Part shown: in pieces, positions 52,976 to 64,000 of the stretch
How the letters are laid out: each line of letters begins with the position of its first letter
Position numbering within the stretch: position 1 is the first letter of the stretch
Origin: Malacoraja senta
Taxonomy: Eukaryota
DNA length: 64,000 nt
Direction of reading: 5' to 3'
Assembly (NCBI GenBank): GCA_038087875.1
Contig: CM075998.1
Span: forward strand, 2,668,001 to 2,732,000
The notes under the pieces: generated by a model
Told to the model about the DNA's origin: nothing
Database searches by the model: none
Seen by the model: the letters and a program-made list of their open reading frames with translations, nothing else
Translations under genes and position numbers: made by a program

Positions 52976-53640
52976 GTTCAGAGATTCTAATGAATTATCT
53001 AAAAAAAGACTGTCATCAGAACTCATAAAGTGGAATCTAACAAACTCCTCTTGATTAATACCAATACTTTTACTTAGTTTAGAACATCTAATGTAAAAAT
53101 TATGTTATCCTGAGACCTACACTGGCTTGCTTTTTGCTTTGCTAAATTCATTTTTCCTTCTTCCTTGTTCTCTTTCGTTAGAGTGCTTTGGCAATTCGAA
53201 ATGTTTCTAGGTTGCCCGAAAATCAAATTGGAAATACTAAATAGCAGAAGTAAGAAGTGCCACGTGCAGTGTGCATCATTGTACAAATTTAAAAACTGGA
53301 TTTGAAAGGCCGAAATAAGATTATGGTGGGATAGGTTTATGCTGAATGTTAGTTGGGAAGAAGACTAATTAATGAGAGGATTGTTCTGCTCATACAAGAT
53401 CTGGTACACAGTTGGGCACATTATTCTATGTCATGTTGTTACTTGTGGGCGGAGCACCAAGGCAAATTCCTTGTATGTGAATACTTGGCCAATAAATTTA
53501 CTTACTTACTTACTTAGTCTTTCATGATGGTGTTAAATGTTTCCTGGCCAGAGCATAGAAAGGTAAATTTAATGGGAAAAGTTGCACCAACAGATCTCCA
53601 TTGGAATTAACTAACACAAGCTAACTAATTTCTAATTAAG

Positions 53641-53991
53641 ACAGACACAAAATGCTGGAGTAACTCAGTGGGACAGGCAGCATCTCTGGATGGAAGGAAT
53701 GGGTGACGTTTCGGGTCGAGACCCTTCTTCCGACTGAGAGTCAGGGGTGAGGGGTGAGGGAGACACAGGGATATGGAAGTGTGAAAATGATAGATCAAAG
53801 AGGACAAAGGTCAAGGAAAATGTAGGAGGTGGAAGGTGACAATGAAGCAGACAAAGATAGAATGTAATCTGGAAGACAGTCAGACTGGTTGGAGAACTAG
53901 GATGGAGAGAGAGGGAAAGCAAGGGTTTCTTGAAGTTAGAGAAGTCAATATTCATACCGCTGGGGTGTAAGCTGCCCAAGCAAAATATGAG
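53641..53991 (-). mobile_element. Penelope-like element 3' end (endonuclease C-terminus, 3' region, terminal repeat)
   Basis: Minus strand reads LIFCLGSLHPSGMNIDFSNFK followed by the terminal repeat. Flanked by an imperfect direct repeat (ctaactaatttctaattaaga / ctaacaatttctagttaaga). Confidence 0.8.
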
Positions 53992-54921
53992 TTCCATCCT
54001 AACAATTTCTAGTTAAGATCCATCCACTGAATGGTTAGAAAAACAAATAGAACATAGAACAGTAACGCAGAAGAATGGGCCGAACATAATACTAAGTTTA
54101 ACTCATCTCCTCTGCCGACATATGATATAACATCTTTTGAAACCAATTGTCACATCCTCTGGCTTGAAACAAATAATTAACATATTTATTCTCAGATATA
54201 TTTCAATTGTGCAGCAGTATGAATGGGCTGAGCTAACATTGTGTAGACAAGAGCACTAATCACCTCTGTCCTTTCGAATGGACACTGACTAAAACAGATT
54301 AGGAATGTCTCCATTCTGAGAAGGAATTGACTTATAGAATAACTAGGATCACTGTGCTTTCATCTCTGGGACTGAGATTCATATCAACCCCATAAAGATT
54401 AGTTTAAAGTATTGTAGCCTTCTCTTTCTTTCTTGGACTGTAATTATAAATTTTGTTTTTGATCTTCAAAATTAAATGAGTTGCTGCCAGTTCCATCTCA
54501 TATATTTGCCCCAATTTCACCATAGCAACTGAGTCATTTCTTACGTTAACATCCAGTTCTGCCACAGATACTATTTGATGATAATTTTGGAAAGTGGTGT
54601 TTGCAGCTGGAATCACTTTTTAATGAATATTTAATTAAAATACAAGACTTGATTTAAATCAGTACTAAAATGAATATGAATAGAGTGATAATTATTTAAG
54701 ACTTATGATATGCAAGGAATGCTTGGGAATACTGTTGATCTAAATATGTTTTGTGTTAGCACTGGCGAAACAAACATTAAATAATCAAAAATTGTCTTTT
54801 TAACTGGTCTGATGCTCTGATACTCTTGATTATGCAGGTAAAACAAATAGTAAATGCTCTTTACAGCAAATAAACATTTGTATATATTCTATCTAATTCT
54901 AAAACCTTGTCTTTTAACCAT

Positions 54922-55424
54922 AGATAGAGTCATACAGCATGGAAACAGGCACTTCAGCCCAACTTGTTCATGCCGACCAAGATGCCCCATTTACACCACA
55001 CCCACCTGCCTGTGTTTGGGCCACATGCCTCTAAACCTTTCCTATCTATGTACCTGACCAAATGTATTTTTAACAAGGAACTGCAGATGCTGGAAAATCG
55101 AAGGTAGATGAAAATGCTGGAGAAACTCAGTGGGTGAGGCAGCATCTATGGAGCGAAGGAAATAGGCGATGTTTTGGGCCGAGACCCATTTTGTACCTGC
55201 CTCAACATCTCCTCTGGCAGTTCATTTCATCTACAAAACACCCTTGATTCTTGATTCGCCTACTCTGGGTAAAATACTCTGTGCATCTACCCTGTCTATT
55301 CCCCTCGTGATCGTATAAAGCTCGATAAAATCACCCCTCATCCTCCTGTGCTCCAAGCAGTAAAGTCCAAGCCTGACTAACCTCTACCTATGGCTCAGAC
55401 CCTTAAATCTTGGTAACATCCTCA
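54922..55424 (-). mobile_element. CR1/HER1-type LINE 3' fragment with a nested Penelope terminal repeat
   Basis: (GACTCTAT)-type tail on the minus strand; insertion at about 55073-55187. Confidence 0.65.
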
Positions 55425-55569
55425 TTAATGCCATGTTAAAAATAAAACCAGACCTTTAGTTCAAATTATGCTTAAGGCACAATAACATTTTCTTTGGGAG
55501 GTTAATATTGATCAATGTACATTTTGACTATTTCCCCATTGCTGCCTATTTGAAATGAGCAGACCTGTA

Positions 55570-55798
55570 AAGTCTCCAGTTTTTAGACACAAAAAGCTGG
55601 AGTAACTCAACGGGTCAGACAGCATCTCTGGAGAACATGAACAGGTGACGTTTCGGGGAAAGGTCTCGACCTGAAACATCACCTATTCCTTTTCTCCAGA
55701 AATGCTGTCTGATCCGTTGAGTTACACCAGCTTTTTGTGTCTTATCTTCGGTTTAAGTCAGCATCTACAGTTCCTTCCTACACAAGTCTCCAGCTTTT
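55570..55798 (+). mobile_element. Penelope terminal-repeat fold-back element with 15-bp TSD (1 mismatch)
   Basis: aagtctccagttttt at 55570-55584 and aagtctccagctttt at 55784-55798. Confidence 0.8.
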
Positions 55799-58232
55799 GC
55801 TCATTTTCTGTTGGAAACTGTAATGTGTTACTCATCCATCTTCCCCGTTGAAATAAAATCGTATTTATATACACATGGTTTGTGCATGGACTTATGGTTA
55901 AGGACCCGTCCACTTTGGAACATACTGGGATTGCCAAGTATTTGTACGATTTACAATCAGTTTGCAATTTATTATTTTCTCCCGGGGTTCATGTCAATAT
56001 ATTTGAACAGAATTGTTGTTAACCTTTATTTTTTTAATGGGTTAGACATGGGAAACATGTCAAAATAACACAAGGATTTTTTGCATTAAGTGAGATTGTA
56101 CAAATGTATTTAAGTTTGAAAGATCAAAATTAATCAAAATCTTGAAACTGCAATGTTTTCTAACACTCCCATTCTACTAATGGAAAATGTGTTCCACTAC
56201 AGTGTAGCCTAGGGATTAAAAAGTATTTTGTGCAGCAGCTGGGTTTCGAAGTGAAATTAATTTAGAGATTCTCAACTGGTCTCCAACCGCCATTAGTGTG
56301 CATGGGTAACATTGCGATTTCTTGCAGAAGCCATCATTATACCCTTTTTGTTAGCCTGCAAGAAATCGCAATGTTACCCATGCACATTACTGACCTGGTC
56401 AGGGGTGAGGAAGCGGAGATGTGGAATCCATAACAATAAAATCCTTCATCTTGACAAGTGCATTTATCAAAAGATATGGTTTTCATACAGGGAAGTAACA
56501 TCTGTGGGAAGGAACTGGTTATCTCACATCTAAATTGGTTTTGGACCAGAACAATCCACTGGAATCTCTCCCAATTCTTTATCTCTGCACTGTTATTTTG
56601 TGTACAATGACAGATTATTTCAATGCTATTAATTCCCTCGTAGTATACTTACGTATCTAGCTCCATACACATTACAAATTGTGCTTTCGATCAATAATAA
56701 GTGAAGCTTTCAGAATTCAAATTGTACACTCAGTATTATTTGTGCAACTAGCAAATCCAGTTTATATGAATTTCTAACTGGCTGATTGTATAAAATTGCA
56801 TACAACTGCAGTCCACTGTATATACTGTAGTGTACTTTCAGATAAACATGTTGCAAATCTCGTAAACCTTTGGGAATTGAACAGGTCACGCCGTCAGATG
56901 AGAAAGTATTTTGTAAAATTACTGGGACTATTTTGCTCGAAGGAGAGATCAGTTAATGGATGCTTCCAAAATTGTGAGGGTTTCTGATAGGGTAAACAAT
57001 GGGAGACGGGTCATATGTTTGTCAATGACCAATTAATTTTAGATTATTAATGATAGTAGAAACTTACACCAAGTCTCAACATGGAATCTTTTTCCACAGA
57101 GGCTATTTAAGGCAGAAGGGGGAAATCTCTGAGGGGAAATTAGATCCATACTGAAGGCAAAGAATACAACAAAGTTGTGGTGGGAGGTGGTGGGGGGGGG
57201 GGGGGGGAATAACAATGTTGAGAATGGGTTTGGATTGAGTTAAGTGTGGAGATCTCCAGAAATAACAAGCAAGGTCTCTGGTCCAGTGAGGGGAAAATAC
57301 AACAGGCATATTGCCATTCACTTAAGAACACTCTTCACTCCAGCAAAGCGTTTGACTCCTAAGATGTGGGCTGCTACTTCAAAGTCAGTCACATTGCTGC
57401 AAGTCTGGTGTAGGCCGAACTGGGCAAACCCTATCAAATTTCTTTCCATGAGCAACCATCTCAGAGCCTCCTGATCGCCGTTATGGATGCACCTTGTTCC
57501 AATTTTAAAACCCAGATTATTGAATTAGTTGAAATCCTCTGCTGCCATATTTGAACTCATTATGTCAGGATTCAGTGTTAAAAAGCGAAATAAAACTGAA
57601 AACGTGCGAAATCTGAAATAAACGGGAAGAATGAATCAATAAGCATTTCACTGTACCTAGGTACATGTGATAATAACGTCTAATTGAACGGAATGGGCGT
57701 TGAATTGAACCTGAGGGGTACCTTTATTACACAAAGGGTGGTGGGTGTATGGAACAAGCTGCTGGAGGAGGTAGTTGAGGCAGGAAGAGTTGTAACATTT
57801 AAGAAACATTCGGACAGGTACATGGATGGGATAGGTTTATAGGGATGTTGGACAAGCATGGGCAGGTGGGACTAGTGTCGATGGGGCATGGTGGTCGGCG
57901 TGGATAGTTGTGTCGAAGGTCCTATTTCCACTCTGTGTGATTCTATGACTGTCCATTTTGATCTCATTCTGATCAAACATCATCATCCTAACTCTTGTTT
58001 CGCACTCTACGGATCATTCTTGACCTGACGGCTATTTCAGCATTATCAGCTTTTACCACTGACTCACCAGTACAGTAACTGAACCACTCCCCATAGTGAT
58101 ACAACTGTACCACCACTACCAAAAACTTTCACGTTACCTACCACTCCATTAACAACAGAAACTACATCTGAATATGAAAAGGGTGTAATTGCTTAACACG
58201 TCAATGGTTTAAACGGGTGTGAGCATGCCCCC

Positions 58233-58931
58233 ACTAACCTCATCTACTGCATCCGCTGTTCCCGGTGTGGTCTCCTGCACATCGGCGACCATTTCGCTGA
58301 ACACTTGCGCTCAATCCACCAAGGCCTACTAGATCTCCCGGTTGCTAACCATTTTAACTCCCCTTCCCATTCCCACACTGACCTTTCTGTCCTGGGCTGC
58401 CACCATTGCCAGAGTGAGGCCACGCGCAAATTGGAGAAACAGCATCTCATATTCTACTTGGGCAGCTTACAACCCAACGCTATGAACATTGATAGACACA
58501 AAGTGCTGGAGTAACTCAGCGGGACAGGCAGCATCTCTGGAGAAAAAGTTTGCGTGATGTTTAGGATTGGGGCACTTCTTCAGACCCTTCAATTTTAAGT
58601 AACTAACCAACAAACAACACTCCTCACTCCCTTTTCAAATCTCTTTCCTGTGTCCAACCTGGATACACATCCATCTTGCTCTTTTCATATCTCCCCCCAA
58701 CCCCCCCCCCTCACCCTCCCCATCCCTTTCCACCAATAATCCTTCTATCCTTATCTCCTTATTTCCCACTTTTCGTCATTTCATCTCCAGCCTTTTTTCC
58801 GCCAATCTGCCAACCGACCTCCGCACACCCGTACCCACCTATCACTTGCCTGACATTGTCCCACCTTCACTCACTTTTCTCCCCCTTACTACAATCAGTC
58901 CAAAACGTCACCTATCATTTTTCTCCAGAGA
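58233..58931 (+). mobile_element. Penelope-like element 3' fragment: GIY-YIG endonuclease remnant plus pyrimidine-rich 3' region, interrupted at about 58493-58587 by a terminal-repeat copy
   Basis: Reads TNLIYCIRCSRCGLLHIG/DHFAEHLRSIHQGLLDLPVANHFNSPSHSHTDLSVLG...RKLEKQHLIFYLGSLQPNAMNID. The IY-x-CxxC-xxx-(Y/H)IG, AEH, HF and P-x-G/A-MN motifs are those of PLE GIY-YIG endonucleases. Confidence 0.85.
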
Positions 58932-59660
58932 TGGATACAGTGGATGTGGAGAGGATGTTTCCACAAGTGGGAGAGTCGAGGACTAGAGGTCACAGCTTCG
59001 AAATTAAAGGAAGTTCCTTTAAGAAGGAAATGAAGAGGATTTTTTTTAGTCAGAGGGTGGTGAATCTGTGGAATTCTTTGCCACAGACGGTTGTGGAGGC
59101 CAAGTCAATGGATATTTTTAAGACAGAGATAGATAGATTCTTGATTAGTACGGGTGTCAGGGGTTATGGGGAGAAGGCAGGAAAATGGGGTTTGGAGGGA
59201 GAGATAGATCACTCATGATTGAATGGTTATGGCAGAGTAGACTTGATGTAATAATTCTTATGGGGTTGGACAGGCTAGATGCAGGAAGATTGTTCCCGAT
59301 GTTGGGGAAGTCCAGGACAAGGGGTCACAGCTTAAGGATAAGGGGGAAATCCTTTAAGACCGAGATGAGGAAAAAAAAATTCACACAGAGAGTGGTGAAT
59401 CTCTGGAACTCTCTGCCACAGAGGGTAGTTGAGGCCAGTTCATTGGCTATATTTAAGAGGGAGTTAGATGTGGCCCTTGTGGCTAACGGGATCAGGGGGT
59501 ATGGAGAGAAGGCAGGTACGGGATACTGAGCTGGATGATCAGCCATGATCATATTGAATGGCGGTGCAGGCTCGAAGGGCCGAATGGCCTACTCCTGCAC
59601 CTATTTTCTATGTATCTATGTATCTATGGGCCGAATGGCCTAATTCTTCTCCTGTCACTT
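58932..59660 (+). mobile_element. Two nested/adjacent CR1 3' fragments
   Basis: Two RTRGHS...QRVVNLWNSLP blocks (about 58932-59250 and 59250-59628). Confidence 0.85.
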
Positions 59661-60239
59661 ACGATCTTATGAGATGCTGCCTGACCCGCTGAGTTACTCC
59701 AGCACTTTGTGTCTTCATTGGTTTAAACACCTCACATAGAGGGAGAGAGGGAGAGTTCAAATATTTCAGGCGTGCATGCCTGCCTTCAGATCTGTTAACG
59801 TTGGGCAAGTCTGCCCGCGAAGGGCACAGCGAGTAATTCTGGACCCGCACAGACTGGGGTGCCTAGAATGCACGGAAGATTCGCTATATATATTCAACAG
59901 CAGAAGCAAGACAAAAAAAATGCTGGAGTAACTCAGCGGGACAGGCAGCATCTCTGGATAGAAGGAATGGGTGACGTTTCAGGTCGAGACCCTTCTCCAG
60001 ACTGAGAGTCAGGGGAGAGGGAGACACAGAGATATGGAAGGGTTAGGACGCAGCTCAAGGAAAATGTTGAAGAGATCATTGTTAGCTCGGAGAAGCAACC
60101 TTCCTTATTCACGATTTCTCACCCTATATACATTATACAAGGAGGAAAATTATCCCCACACACAAATTATAATGAGCAAAGAAGCATCTAATTCTATACA
60201 CAGGCAGAAGATAAGATATATTTCTGGACCTAAACCTAC

Positions 60240-60547
60240 CAGACGGCCTGCCTCGTTATTGTGCAGATCTATCAAGGATTTGATGTCACTTTGACCTTTT
60301 CTCTTTCTGGCGTCCATGAACTGCCTGGACTTGGCGTAACCGAACTCCGCGTCGTCCCCGCATCCTCCCCATTGCCAAGGGTTCGGATCCCTGCCCGAGC
60401 CCGGAGCCTGAGCCGGAGGCGGCGGGGCGCGGCCCAGCTCGTTCTCGCAGCCGCACTGGAGCAGCTCACCCGTGCTGCACGCCTGTGTCACGGCGTACGC
60501 TACTCCCGCCGAGGTGATGGCGTGAACGAAGGCCGTCTCTCTGATGT
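60240..60547 (-). CDS. wnt6: Wnt6 penultimate coding exon (308 nt)
   Basis: Translates (D)IRETAFVHAITSAGVAYAVTQACSTGELLQCGC...WQWGGCGDDAEFGYAKSRQFMDA...SDIKSLIDLHNNEAGRL. Acceptor ccccttttctcag|AC (phase 1) and donor CTG|gtaggt (phase 0), in frame with the 48621 exon. Confidence 0.95.
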
Positions 60548-60904
60548 CTGAGAAAAGGGGAAGGAACAGAGATAACAGGTCAGCGTTGCCAAACAGTGTG
60601 ACTGCATACGGCTTCGTGTATGGTTTATAACTAAATCAAAGATAGACACAAGATGCTTGAGTAACCCAGCGTGTCAGACAGCATTTCCGGAGAGAAGGAA
60701 TTGGTGACGTTTCGGATCCAGACTCCAGACCCTTCTTTAGACACGTGTTGCGAAAAGTACGTGTTGTGCATCTCATAGGGTCATAGAAACAGACCCTTCG
60801 GCCCAACGCCCATGCCAACCAAGACCTGCTGAGTTCCTCCAGCACTTTGTGTTTTGCTCAAGATTCCAGCATCTGCGGTTCCTTCTGTCTCTCTGGATCT
60901 AGTC

Positions 60905-61386
60905 ACACCTGCTTCGGAAAATCTCCCCGTTGGATTGCGAACCTTGTCGTGGTCGGGGAGCTTGTGTGTCTCAGTGACCCCCAGAGCTATGCCAGCGGGA
61001 GATTCGTCTCCTGTTAGGGTCTCCCATGCTGGACAGGTGGAAGGGTAGAGGCGAGACGAAGAGCGATCCACTGGTCCTCCAGGCTGGAGGTTGAGCACAG
61101 GGCTAACAACCCTGTCTCGTAAAACAAATATGTTATGGAAACAGCAACTGAAGGAATCAACACTACTGGGCGTGATGGACTTCCAGGTCTATCGACAGAT
61201 GCTAGGATGAAGAGAAACAGACAGCATCCCAAGAATAGCCCTGCACTGGACACCGGAAGGGAAAAGGACAATGGACTTGACCTGGGGTAGTGTCCAGAAG
61301 CTAGCCCGGAACAGACAGCAGTGGAGGACCTTCGTTGCTGCCCTACATGCCAGGAGGTTGAATAGGCAGTAAGTAAGTAAGTAAGT
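60905..61386 (+). mobile_element. Non-autonomous bipartite RTE-clade element
   Basis: RTE-like 5' UTR (ccttgtcgtgg...gagctatgcc...tagggtctccc...tggtcctccagg...gggctaacaaccc) fused to the ORF end DSIPRIALHWTPEGKR/MDLTWGSVQKLARNRQQWRTFVAALHA*; tail (TAAG)n. Confidence 0.75.
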
Positions 61387-62380
61387 TTCTAAAAATGCAT
61401 CTCCTATTCGTCCCCATTGCCGCTTTCCTTTCGGCGTAGGGAATGCTAAAGATTTCTCCAAGCCTTTGCCGTTTTTGTTGTTCAAACTAAAGTTTGCCCG
61501 TTTAGGTTTAAGCTTATTATTGTCACGTGTACCGAAGTACAATGACAAGTTTTGTTTTGCATGTTATCCAAACCGATCAGATAATACCATACATAAATGC
61601 GATCAACTCAAACTAGCACCATAGGTAGAGCGAAGGGGAAGATACAGGGTCCATGGTGTAGTTCTGGAAAAGGGTCTCGACCCGAAACGTCACCTATTCC
61701 TTCTCTTCGGAGATTCTGCCTGACCCGCCGAGTTATTCCAGCGTTTTGTGTCTATCTGTAGATTGTAGTTCTCAGCATTGTAGCACATCGGTTTCATAGC
61801 CAAAGTCCAATGTCCACGATGGGGTAGATGTGAGTCGGACAGTACCCTGGCTTATGGAAGGACCGTTCAGAAACCTGCCAACAACTTTTAGACAGTATTG
61901 GCAAGTTGCTGCAAATCATGATTTCGGGTTGAATTCCTCGAACCGTGCCCCCCCCCCCCCCACTCTGGAGAAAATGATAGGTGACGTTTCGGGTCGGGAC
62001 CCTTCTTCAGACTCCAATTTCTACACTCAACTTCCGAGATGTGGGTTCAAGTCCCGCACCAGAGAGCGGAGAACAACTGTAAGGATTGGCACCGAGAGGA
62101 TGTTGTGGTGTGAGAGTGTATACATGGAGCGTATACATAGAGAGTGAAAGTGTATACATCGAGTGTATTGGACACTAGGCTGACATCGGTTGTGGGCGTA
62201 AATGAACGATTAGGATTAATACATCCTAGTCCATATAAATACTCATTTATCATTGATGGTTGCAAAACCTTCCTGTGCGCCAGCCGGCCTCATTGCTTTC
62301 CACCTTACACAGAGGAACTGTGCTGTTTGTTGGAGCTACGAGGAAATGCAGGTGCTGGAATCTTGAGCAAAACACAAAAT

Positions 62381-62900
62381 GCTGGAGTAACTCAGCGGGT
62401 CAGGCAGCATCTGTGGAGAACATGGATATGTGACGTTTCACAGAGTGCTGGAGTAACTCAGCGGGTCAGGCAGCATCTGTGGAGAACATGGATAGGTGAC
62501 GTTTCACAGAGTGCTGGAGTAACTCAGCGGGTCAGGCAGCATCTATGGGGAACATGGATAGGTGACGTTTCACAGAGTGCTGGAGTAACTCAGCGGGTCA
62601 GGCAGCATCTGTGGAGAACATGGATAGGTGACGTTTCACAGAGTGCTGGAGTAACTCAGCGGGTCAGGCAGCATCTGTGGAGAACATGGATAGGTGACGT
62701 TTCACAGAGTGCTGGAGTAACTCAGCGGGTCAGGCAGCATCTGTGGAGAACATGGATAGGTGACCTTTCACAGAGTGCTGGAGTAACTCAGCGGGTCAGG
62801 CAGCATCTGTGGAGAACATGGATAGGTGACGTTTCACAGAGTGCTGGAGTAACTCAGCGGGTCAGGCAGCATCTGTGGGGAACATGGATAGGTAATGCTT
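62381..62900 (-). repeat. Tandem array, 8 x 66 bp (same unit)
   Basis: Unit starts at 62381, 62447, 62513, 62579, 62645, 62711, 62777 and 62843. Confidence 0.95.
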
Positions 62901-63728
62901 CGGGCCAGGACCCTTCTTCAGACTCAGCGGGTCAGGCAGCATCTGTGGAGGGAAGGGGGAGGCGACTTTTCGGGTTTGGGGCCCTTCTTCGGACAATCCA
63001 TTCCTCCCATAGATGCTGTCTGACCCGCTGAGTTACTCCAGCACTGTGTACACTATTGGTCCTAACCTGAAAAAAACTGCTATATAAATCAGGGCCCTTT
63101 TATTTTGCAAATTACATCGAGAAATTGTAACAGTTTCTTACTGATAAAGAGCCTGCGGGAGTTCGCGCAGAACATGTCTGAGCTAAAAAGTAAAGTGGAG
63201 GATGGATCTGCAGATGCTGGTTTAAATCGAAGATGGACAAAAGATAAAAATAAAAAGTAGAACTCTCGTTTGAAGCGCGGTCTGCAATATAACCCAGCGT
63301 GGAAAGACTCCTTCCTGAATGGTTCACGGTGCCATTGATCGTCAACCAGGGAAAACGGCTGCCAGTCCAAATCTTGTCCAAATGGCCGATCACGGAACAA
63401 AACGTACTCGCATTCTTTCCAACAGCAGATGCCAAAGCCGACATTCTAAAGGATTGCTTTTAACCTACTGCAAAAGCTAAAAGAACCTCGCGCCTTGGAG
63501 ATATATATTAAAATGGCCTTTTTGTTCTGACTGACGTACACTATGCCTCGTCTTCAACTTATTCCATTGTCCACATCCCATTCCCCCGTCCCTCTCGCCC
63601 ATACAGCTATTGCCCGCACCTTCCTCCAACTGGCTGCCTGTCCCGTCGCGGCCCGTTTGTTTCTGTCGCTTGCATGTAGTTCCAACGAGCGGCCAGTCTG
63701 GGTTATGTCCCCCGTTCGGTCGCGTTTG

Positions 63729-63999
<271 letters not shown>

Positions 64000-64000
64000 T

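Larger units (their letters stand above)
48622..60239 (-). other. wnt6: Wnt6 last intron (11,618 nt, GT-AG)
   Basis: Bounded by the donor and acceptor above with compatible phase; filled with repeats. Confidence 0.9.

Noticed and set aside
62144..63031. 295-aa ORF with 22-aa repeats
   Set aside because: Translation of the 66-bp tandem array, antisense to the element; 66 is a multiple of 3, so one stop-free frame persists by chance.

Overview
Eukaryotic vertebrate DNA, most likely from a cartilaginous fish (skate/ray). This is inferred from HE1-type V-SINEs, HER1/CR1-type LINE tails and the Penelope family present. The only protein-coding gene I can support is Wnt6 on the minus strand, with two exons: an internal exon at 60240-60547 and the last coding exon at 48160-48621, joined by an 11.6-kb GT-AG intron. 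A likely poly(A) signal lies at 47222-47227, and the upstream exons are beyond the window. The rest is intronic/intergenic DNA packed with 5'-truncated retroelements (CR1, L2, Rex1/Babar, RTE, Penelope), SINEs, microsatellites and one 200-N gap. The most striking signal is a Penelope-like element system. It has a GIY-YIG endonuclease remnant and dozens of copies of the element's 3' terminal repeat carrying a minimal hammerhead-ribozyme core (CUGAAGA-A-GGGU[CUCG]ACCC-GAAACGUC). These repeats occur as ~200-bp fold-back units flanked by 11-16-bp target-site duplications, and as three separate arrays of a 66-bp unit that begins at the ribozyme's GAAAC. All family assignments are by eye; no database search was run, and repeat boundaries are approximate.
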